NCBI GenBank assembly: GCA_014379625.1
Contig: JACMLJ010000072.1
Location: forward strand, 15,184-79,183
Length of the DNA stretch: 64,000 nucleotides
DNA from: Ferruginibacter sp.
Lineage (GTDB): Bacteria > Bacteroidota > Bacteroidia > Chitinophagales > Chitinophagaceae
Reading direction: 5' to 3'
Shown here: positions 57,454 through 64,000 of the stretch, piece after piece
Numbering within the stretch: position 1 is the stretch's first letter
How the letters are laid out: each line of letters opens with the position of its first letter
Translations under genes and position numbers: made by a program
The notes under the pieces: generated by a model
What the model was told of the DNA's origin: nothing
Databases searched by the model: none
What the model saw: only the letters and a program-made list of their open reading frames with translations

Positions 57454-57712
57454 ATGCCTGTTTACACTATTACCCTAACTAAAAAGGCTCAAAAGCAATT
57501 GGATAAACTTTCTGATAACATTGCTGACCCAATTTTAGAATCCATTTTGGCGCTTGCAAATAACCCACGAACCTAATGGCTATAAAAATTTAAAAGGAAG
57601 AGAAGGCTTTCGTATAAGGATCCGGGATTGCAGGGTGATTTATGATATTTTTGACAGTGAACTAATTGTGGACGTTATCGCACTTGGCCATAGAAAAGAC
57701 ATTTATGAGTAA
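57454..57712 (+). pseudogene. RelE/ParE-family toxin, frameshifted
   Basis: ATG 57454 gives MPVYTITLTKKAQKQLDKLSDNIADPILESILALANNPRT, then TAA at 57574-76. The +1 frame continues PNGYKNLKGREGFRIRIRDCRVIYDIFDSELIVDVIALGHRKDIYE to 57712. An extra A at 57570/57571 would explain the shift. Confidence 0.75.
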
Positions 57713-57762
57713 GATAAAAATAGCTGTTTTCAATAAAAACGCTTCCTAAACCCGCTCTTTAT

Positions 57763-58809
57763 TTATTTCCCTTTATTAGCCAGTTGGCCACAGGCCGCAT
57801 CTATATCTTTACCGCGGCTTCTTCTTACTCTTACGTTCACCCTGTTTTTTGCGAGGTGATCGGTAAAGCGCTGCGTGGTGTCTTCATCGGGCTTGGTGAA
57901 TTTTGCGCCGTCAATGGGATTGTATTCAATTACATTTACCAGGTGAGTGGGTATCTGGCGATAGATTTTTGTTAGCGCCTCCGCATCCTCAATGGAATCG
58001 TTCAGGTCTTTGAACAGGATATACTCCAGCGTTATGTCATTCTTCGTTTTATCATAAAAATAATTGAGCGCCTCTACCAAAGTGGCAATACTGTTACTTT
58101 CATTGATCGGCATTATTTGGTTGCGCTTTTTATCATCCGCGGCATGTAAAGAAAGGGCCAGGTTGAACCGCACCCTGTCATCGCCCAACTGCTTTATTTG
58201 CTTGGCAACCCCGGCCGTAGAAACTGTAATTCTTTTGGGACTCATGGCCATGCCATCGTTGGAGATCAGTTTGTCAATCGCTTTTAAAACGTTTTTATAA
58301 TTTAGCAGCGGCTCACCCATCCCCATAAAAACTACATTGGACAGTTTTTTATCAAATGTTTTTTCGGACTGCTGGTTGATAAATGCTACCTGGTTATAGA
58401 TCTCGTCATAGTCTAAATTTCTTTTACGTTCCATGGTGCCGGTGGCACAAAATTTACAACTCAGGCTGCAACCAATCTGCGATGAAACACAGGCGGTATT
58501 CCGTTTTTCGGTTGGGATCAGCACCCCTTCGATCATGTGGCCGTCAAAAGTTTTAAACCTCGATTTTACGGTGCCATCGCTACTGAATTGTGTGGTATTT
58601 ACGGTAAGAGCAGGTAAATCAAATTTTTCAGCCAGGTGAAGACGCAATTCTTTTGAAAGGTCCGTCATGTCCTCAAAGCTTTGGGCGTTTTTTTTCCAGA
58701 GCCATTCGTGCACCTGTTTGGTGCGGAACTTCTTTTCACCGATGGTTTCAAAATATTTCATCAACTCATCCATGCCCAGGTGGCGGATGTTCTGTTTTAC
58801 TGCTATCAT
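57763..58809 (-). CDS. rlmN: 23S rRNA/tRNA (adenine-C2)-methyltransferase, radical SAM
   Basis: 348 aa with the CSLSCKFCATG radical-SAM motif and FRTKQVHEWLW near the N-terminus. Confidence 0.9.
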   Translation of the reverse strand: MIAVKQNIRHLGMDELMKYFETIGEKKFRTKQVHEWLWKKNAQSFEDMTDLSKELRLHLAEKFDLPALTVNTTQFSSDGTVKSRFKTFDGHMIEGVLIPTEKRNTACVSSQIGCSLSCKFCATGTMERKRNLDYDEIYNQVAFINQQSEKTFDKKLSNVVFMGMGEPLLNYKNVLKAIDKLISNDGMAMSPKRITVSTAGVAKQIKQLGDDRVRFNLALSLHAADDKKRNQIMPINESNSIATLVEALNYFYDKTKNDITLEYILFKDLNDSIEDAEALTKIYRQIPTHLVNVIEYNPIDGAKFTKPDEDTTQRFTDHLAKNRVNVRVRRSRGKDIDAACGQLANKGK

Positions 58810-58912
58810 GCTGCAAAGATACCTTAAGTATGTTTATTGCCAAACGCAGTAGCTTTAGGGCAAGGCTAAATGGAACGCTGGAACCGTTATTATTGCCCAC
58901 TATTAATTTCTT

Positions 58913-59118
58913 TTGCCACGAATGCACGAATATTTACTTTGAACGGGATTGTCGTTGTACTAGAATTTATCCCAAACAGTATTGATCTTTTTTGCCACGA
59001 ACACGAATTAGAAATTTATAATACACGAATAAAAATTTTTATGGGAAACCCAACATTTGAAATTCAACTGGTTTTTGTGCTATATTTTTATTTGTTCTTA
59101 TTCGTGCATTCGTGGCAA
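58913..59118. repeat. MITE-like element: perfect 20-bp terminal inverted repeats of the CACGAAT family
   Basis: TTGCCACGAATGCACGAATA (58913-58932) is the exact reverse complement of TATTCGTGCATTCGTGGCAA (59099-59118). Internal partial copies lie at 58992-59008 and 59032-59041. Confidence 0.7.
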
Positions 59119-59283
59119 CTCTTTTCGATATCTGTAAAAAACTTATGTTTGTTTGCCGGTATAACTTTGGACTTTACGTTTTTTTTTAACCGCATCGATA
59201 AAAGTTGCCCAATGGTATGTTGTTGAACCGAGCGTGGCAACGATGCTGCTATGAAAATAAATGTCTGTTACAAAAAAATTTTT

Positions 59284-60477
59284 ATGCAAACAGTTTATGT
59301 TATTGATGCGCTGAGAACGCCCATTGGAAAATATGGCGGAGCATTGAGCACTACCAGGCCAGATGACCTGCTGGCGCTGGTGATAAGAAGCCTGGTGAAT
59401 AGAAATCCGTCCATTGATGTGAATGCGATAGAGGATGTGATGGCGGGCGCCGCTAACCAGAGCGGGGAGGATAACCGCAATGTGGCAAGAATGGCTGCGC
59501 TGCTGGCTGGCCTGCCTGTTACTGTTGCAGGAACTACTGTAAACCGGCTGTGTGCTTCGGGCTTGCAGGCAATTATGGATGCTTCGAGGGCAATTATGTG
59601 CGGCGATGGCGACCTGTATATTGCGTGTGGTGTGGAAAGCATGACGAGGGCACCATTTGTGATGCCAAAGACGTCCGTTCCGTTTGCAAGGGACCCTCAA
59701 ATATTTGATACTACGATGGGTTGGCGTTTTGTAAATAAACAATTGTCGGTAATGTATTATCCTTACGCGATGGGTGAAACGGCCGAAAATGTGGCCCGGC
59801 AATGGAACATCAGCCGCCATGCGCAGGATGGATATGCCTTGGATAGCCAGCGGAAATATTTTAAAGCGCAGCAGGAAAATAAATTTAACTCAGAAATCGT
59901 GGCCGTACCGGTGCACGTTGGTACGGATGTTTTTGATTTCAATAAAGATGAACATCCGCGGGATACTTCGTTGCAAAAATTGGCGCAACTGAAGCCAGCT
60001 TTTATGAAAGACGGAACCGTAACGGCCGGCAACAGCAGCGGGATCAATGATGGTGCTGCAGGCATATTGCTGGCCAGCGAAGCCGCCGTAAAAAAATACA
60101 AGCTGCAGCCAATGGCGAAAATTGTAAGTATGGCCGTGGCGGGAGTTGATCCGGCAGTAATGGGGATCGGGCCTGTGCCCGCTACAAGGAAAGCCTTGCT
60201 GCGGGCAGGGATAAGTGTAGCAGACCTTGACCTCGTGGAATTGAACGAAGCATTCGCCTCCCAATCTATTGCCTGCATTCACGACCTTGGCCTGGACCTT
60301 GAAAAAGTAAATGTAAATGGTGGCGCCATTGCACTGGGGCATCCACTGGGGTGCAGCGGCGTGCGCATCGCTACTACCTTGCTGCATGAACTAAGGAGGC
60401 GAAAAGGAAAATATGGGCTAGCGACTATGTGTGTAGGAGTAGGGCAGGGGGCAGCCATTATTTTTGAAGGTGTTTAA
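59284..60477 (+). CDS. acetyl-CoA C-acyltransferase (thiolase)
   Basis: The ORF track starts at 59251, but ATG 59284 (MQTVYVIDALRTPIGKYGG) is preferred. Motifs are NRLCASGLQA, GNSSGINDGAA and NGGAIALGHPLGCSG. Confidence 0.9.
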   Translation: MQTVYVIDALRTPIGKYGGALSTTRPDDLLALVIRSLVNRNPSIDVNAIEDVMAGAANQSGEDNRNVARMAALLAGLPVTVAGTTVNRLCASGLQAIMDASRAIMCGDGDLYIACGVESMTRAPFVMPKTSVPFARDPQIFDTTMGWRFVNKQLSVMYYPYAMGETAENVARQWNISRHAQDGYALDSQRKYFKAQQENKFNSEIVAVPVHVGTDVFDFNKDEHPRDTSLQKLAQLKPAFMKDGTVTAGNSSGINDGAAGILLASEAAVKKYKLQPMAKIVSMAVAGVDPAVMGIGPVPATRKALLRAGISVADLDLVELNEAFASQSIACIHDLGLDLEKVNVNGGAIALGHPLGCSGVRIATTLLHELRRRKGKYGLATMCVGVGQGAAIIFEGV

Positions 60478-60541
60478 GGTTTTTTGAAAACAACTCCTTC
60501 GTAAACCTGCTTTACTTTGCTTTTGTAATTGATTACAATTC

Positions 60542-61726
60542 TTACCCGAGGCGGTACAACAATTTCCGTACTAATTTATAGTTGGTGATGATGGATAATA
60601 CCAATAACACTGCAGCTACCACTACCACTATCCAATGCAAAAAGGGGGACAGTTCTTCCCGGTCGTACATTACAAAGTGTTGAAAACAGAACTGTAATAT
60701 TGCGGTCAGCAATAAAGCTGACAATACAATAATTACATAAACGGGGATCCATTTTTTAGCCACCGTTTTACTGAGCCAATCAGGCGAATAACCAAGTGTT
60801 AGCAGCAGTTGCAGGTTGTCCTTACTTTTAGCAATCATTAATTGTAGGTAAAAAGAAAACAGCAACATAGCCAGTAAAATAACCAGCACACCGAAGCCTG
60901 CCAGTCCGCTTACAATGGCTTGTAATATTTGCTTTACCCTGCCAAATTTTGTTTTGTCTTTGTTAACCCGGTAATCTTTTTTCTCAAGAAAACTTAATAG
61001 CTGGGGACTATTAGCATCGGTAGTTTTTATATAAATGCGGGATGGGTTTACCTGTGATACGCCACCAAAGTTTTTATTGGCCCATTGCATAAAAGTATTG
61101 GGAACCAGCACTGAATTGATCCTATCGCTTAACGCAACAATGCGTGCCTTAAAATTTTGTACTCCATAAGGCGTATAGCATTCTAAAATTATGCTTACCG
61201 AAGACATTGTTTTATCAGACAACTGCGGAAGATCCTGGCTGGGAGCAAACACATTGTACATCTCCATAAAGTCAGATGAAAAAATAATGGGTACATCTGC
61301 CTGGCCTTCCCTCCAGGTGAAAGAAGGTGGTACTGTATCTAAAAATTTTTCATCCAGTGATTCCAGGAAAAGATCTGTACTAAAGGGTATTATATTGCCT
61401 GCGCTGGCTTTTACCCGAAACTGGTTTGAGATCAATGGGGCAGCATCTGTGATAAAGGGGAGCGATTTTATTTCGGCAAGATCAGCTTCGGTGAAACGGT
61501 TGTCCTTGCCCATGTTCTCATTGGTAATTGTTTTTGTAACCGAGATAAAATCAGCTCCATCCTTACGGCTGTTTTTATCTTTCAGCAGCTCATTGATATT
61601 AATGAACATTTGAATAGAGCTCAACAATAACAATACACCCACACCCAGCCCGATATAACTAAGCCACCGCGATATGTTATTTTGACCGGCAGATAAAAAA
61701 GGAGCAATGTTTTTATAAGAAGGCAT
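60542..61726 (-). CDS. FtsX-like ABC transporter permease
   Basis: 394 aa. The layout is one TM, a large extracytoplasmic domain, then three C-terminal TMs, which is the FtsX/MacB-type topology. Confidence 0.7.
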   Translation of the reverse strand: MPSYKNIAPFLSAGQNNISRWLSYIGLGVGVLLLLSSIQMFININELLKDKNSRKDGADFISVTKTITNENMGKDNRFTEADLAEIKSLPFITDAAPLISNQFRVKASAGNIIPFSTDLFLESLDEKFLDTVPPSFTWREGQADVPIIFSSDFMEMYNVFAPSQDLPQLSDKTMSSVSIILECYTPYGVQNFKARIVALSDRINSVLVPNTFMQWANKNFGGVSQVNPSRIYIKTTDANSPQLLSFLEKKDYRVNKDKTKFGRVKQILQAIVSGLAGFGVLVILLAMLLFSFYLQLMIAKSKDNLQLLLTLGYSPDWLSKTVAKKWIPVYVIIVLSALLLTAILQFCFQHFVMYDREELSPFLHWIVVVVAAVLLVLSIITNYKLVRKLLYRLG

Positions 61727-61730
61727 GAGA

Positions 61731-61803
61731 CGGTTTGAGGTTTAAGGTTGATGGTTTAAGGTTGAAGATTAAAGATTAATGGTTGAGGTTTTTTTGGAGG
61801 TTA
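61731..61803. repeat. GGTTTAAGGTTGA-type repeats (CA-rich on the sense strand) immediately upstream of the permease start
   Basis: The 13-mer GGTTTAAGGTTGA occurs at 61739-61751 and 61753-61765, with further GGTTGA/GATTAA units. The plus strand has a single C across the tract. Confidence 0.85.
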
Positions 61804-61904
61804 TAATTCTGATTGTTTTTTAAAATGATTGCCAATTGTCTATCCTGAAATTCTATAACCTTCTGATTTTTACCTTAAGCCTTTCACCCTCAACCGTCCA
61901 CCTC

Positions 61905-62546
61905 TCACAAATGCAACGTTCTTTCACTTTTAAAATAAGTTATTTCCCTCAGGTCGGCTAAGATAATGGTGGCATTTCTTTTTTTGCTTTCTTCCTCCAT
62001 CAATTCCATTGCTTTTTGCCGGTTTAGTTCATCCAAATGGCTAAAGGGCTCATCAAGCAATAAAAAATCAAATGGTTGTTGCAATGCCCGGATGATAGCG
62101 ATGCGTTGCTGCTCGCCGTAGCTGCAGGTTTTACAAACTTTAGTTAGTTTACTTTTTATGCCTAACCTTTCCGCCATTGCTGCAATATTATTTACTGCAT
62201 GAAAAGGCGACAACATTCTTTTTATTTCCAGGTTTTGCAAAACGGTTTGCTCAGTAAATAGCCTTAGGTCTTGAAACACAATGCTGATATGTTGCCGGCG
62301 CCAAATCGAAAATTTCTCCGCATCAAAATGCTTAATGTCATTCGAATCGTAAGAGATGTTGCCTTTATAATCATTTCTTAATCCGTACAAAAAATGGATC
62401 AAGGTGGTTTTTCCACTGCCGCTCGGAGCTATGATGTGTATGTTTTCACCTTTATTAAATGAAAGGGTACTGTTCCATAGCTGAGAATTATTCACTTTAT
62501 CATCTTCAAAAAAAACCGGTAAAACTTTCTGCAGTATAATTTGCAT
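61905..62546 (-). CDS. ABC transporter ATP-binding protein
   Basis: 213 aa with Walker A APSGSGKTT, a signature-like YGEQQR, and Walker B LLLDEPFSHLD. Confidence 0.85.
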   Translation of the reverse strand: MQIILQKVLPVFFEDDKVNNSQLWNSTLSFNKGENIHIIAPSGSGKTTLIHFLYGLRNDYKGNISYDSNDIKHFDAEKFSIWRRQHISIVFQDLRLFTEQTVLQNLEIKRMLSPFHAVNNIAAMAERLGIKSKLTKVCKTCSYGEQQRIAIIRALQQPFDFLLLDEPFSHLDELNRQKAMELMEEESKKRNATIILADLREITYFKSERTLHL

Positions 62547-62561
62547 GGATAGAAATTAAAA

Positions 62562-62592
62562 TGCTGCCAATTCATTATACGAACTGGCAGCA
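62562..62592 (-). terminator. hairpin after the DUF4836-like gene, 16 nt upstream of the ABC ATPase start
   Basis: TGCTGCCA (62562-69) pairs with TGGCAGCA (62585-92). On the minus strand it is followed by TTTTAATTT. Confidence 0.5.
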
Positions 62593-62608
62593 ATTATATG
62601 AACAAGCA

Positions 62609-64000
62609 TTAATTAGAGTTTGTTGAAGGTATGGCAACAGAATCTGTCATATCCTGGAACGCCATATTTTGTTCTTTTTGTTTTCTTCTTTGTTCTTTAT
62701 ACAGTTCGCTGAATTTTGCCGTGTATGCATTCAATTGTTTCAGGCTGTTGGTGTTTTTATCTACCAGGTTTATTTCTACGGTTTGTTCAATGCCGCCCTC
62801 GCTGTAGTTCCCGCCCTTCCATACGATATTGTCCCACATTTGCAAAGAAGCATCATATGCAATTTTTGCCGAGCTATCCTGGGTGGCCATGTTACCAAAT
62901 GACCTCAATAATGTTTGGATGTTTACATAACCCCCAAAAGGTTCCCCGCTTATTTTATTGATGAAATCAAAACTGGTGTTGGTAGCAGCAAGGTATTGAT
63001 TCACTTTTTGCTGGTCGTTTCCAAGCACGAAATAAGTGCCATTTTGGTTATAGGCAAAGGGAGCTTTGCTGCTGTCGTTAAACTGCCCACTTCCCAAATT
63101 TTTTCCTGCTGTAACAATTTTATTAAACGATTCTTTATCGCCAATAGAGGCAGCAAAAATAAAATTGAAGCTTGGCTTTTGTGCAACCGCCACATTTGGT
63201 GCCTGGTCTTTAAAATTATAAGTGGTCGTATCGGTTTTCAAAACAAGGTCGGACACTCCAAAAAGTATATCTCCTTTATTTGCTTTGATGAAATCATCCA
63301 TGCTAAAACCAAGTTTCTGCACACCCATGTTGATTAGTCCATCCAGGCCCGTCATTTTAATTATATCCCTGATGGCCTCCGGTTTAAAATTTAAGGCCAT
63401 AATAGCAACCACATCTTTACCCGGCATGCGCTTGATCATGTCTTCATTTAACTTGCCACCACTATATTTTTTAAACAGCTTCAGCATTTCCTCACTGGCA
63501 TAGGTTTTTGCATTCATCAACATTTTGCCCTTATCAAAATTCATGGTGGCTGTTGTAATATTTCCTTTGTAAAATTTTTCAAGGTTAACCATTGCAAGAG
63601 CAGCCGACGATGACCCGCCTTTGCTAAGTTCCTCTCCATTCATCCAAAAATGAACATCGCCTGTTTCTTTCATAAGGCCGGTAAATTTTTCGTCTTTTGC
63701 CAGGCTGTTGCTTTCCTTTAAAGCAAAAATGGCTTTACAGGCAGCACCGATATCCCTGTTGGATGTCCTGCTGATGTTAATTGAGTCCCTCATCATCCTC
63801 CTGGAAAGGTCATCCATTTGCGTTATCTGGGGAGCGTCAAAAACATACACAAATTTTTCTTTTGTCCAGCCCACGCAAATAGGGGACTTGCTTATAAATT
63901 GTACGCCATCTTTTTCACTATCAGCTCCGTTCTCAGTCATTTGCTGATTAAATATTTTAAACGTTTTCTCATCTTTTACTTTTCCTTCAAAGCCAATGTA
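62609..64000 (-). CDS. DUF4836-like protein, N-terminus off window
   Basis: The ORF track gives 62609..63940. The frame stays open upstream to the window edge (..YIGFEGKVKDEKTFKIFNQQ-MTENG..), so the gene is truncated by the window. The family call is from recollection of the pattern only. Confidence 0.6.
   Translation of the reverse strand, partial: YIGFEGKVKDEKTFKIFNQQMTENGADSEKDGVQFISKSPICVGWTKEKFVYVFDAPQITQMDDLSRRMMRDSINISRTSNRDIGAACKAIFALKESNSLAKDEKFTGLMKETGDVHFWMNGEELSKGGSSSAALAMVNLEKFYKGNITTATMNFDKGKMLMNAKTYASEEMLKLFKKYSGGKLNEDMIKRMPGKDVVAIMALNFKPEAIRDIIKMTGLDGLINMGVQKLGFSMDDFIKANKGDILFGVSDLVLKTDTTTYNFKDQAPNVAVAQKPSFNFIFAASIGDKESFNKIVTAGKNLGSGQFNDSSKAPFAYNQNGTYFVLGNDQQKVNQYLAATNTSFDFINKISGEPFGGYVNIQTLLRSFGNMATQDSSAKIAYDASLQMWDNIVWKGGNYSEGGIEQTVEINLVDKNTNSLKQLNAYTAKFSELYKEQRRKQKEQNMAFQDMTDSVAIPSTNSN

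Noticed and set aside
58653-59226. ORFs 58653..58985, 58667..58852 and 58870..59226 in the rlmN/thiolase intergenic region.
   Set aside because: They either overlap rlmN antisense or read through the MITE-like repeats. The composition is Phe/Ile/Cys-rich and non-protein-like.
59143-60387. Long antisense ORFs (225, 171 and 165 aa) opposite the thiolase gene.
   Set aside because: The thiolase frame has all canonical active-site motifs. The antisense ORFs are His/Arg/Ser-rich shadows in a GC-richer gene.

Overview
This 64-kb chromosomal window reads as Bacteroidota, probably Chitinophagia- or Sphingobacteriia-like. Supporting signs are a T9SS C-terminal sorting domain, a short primary sigma factor, TAnnTTTG -7 boxes, little Shine-Dalgarno signal, and many lipoprotein and TonB-type genes. 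I count about 47 protein genes and 2 tRNAs (Leu-GAG, Glu-TTC). I see no rRNA, no CRISPR array, and no intact transposase or integrase. Most genes are housekeeping: dcd, rpoD, ffh, rpsP, rimM, trmD, dinB, rlmN, two pseudouridine synthases, LptF/G, SOD and a thiolase. Accessory blocks are interleaved: (1) a DUF4331 (T9SS cargo) - TPR - HupE/UreJ module. (2) Two tandem thioester-containing alpha-2-macroglobulin giants followed by PBP1C, split by a frameshifted DUF1016/YhcG nuclease. (3) A frameshifted HUH Y1 transposase (RAYT/IS200-like) bracketed by ~90-bp inverted three-hairpin arms. (4) A membrane-anchored papain-like C1 peptidase fused to DUF4384, next to a secreted thioredoxin-fold protein. 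(5) A tight operon of a Bor-like lipoprotein, an FAD/ALO-type oxidase and a secreted 444-aa protein. (6) A decayed RelE-type toxin-antitoxin pair. (7) Several repeat families: a 16-bp tandem repeat plus palindrome, a CACGAAT MITE-like inverted repeat, and G-poor CA-rich tandem-repeat leaders. I do not see a clear-cut known defence or biosynthetic system. The best candidates for something undescribed are in the findings. All family assignments come from motif recognition by eye, not from database searches.
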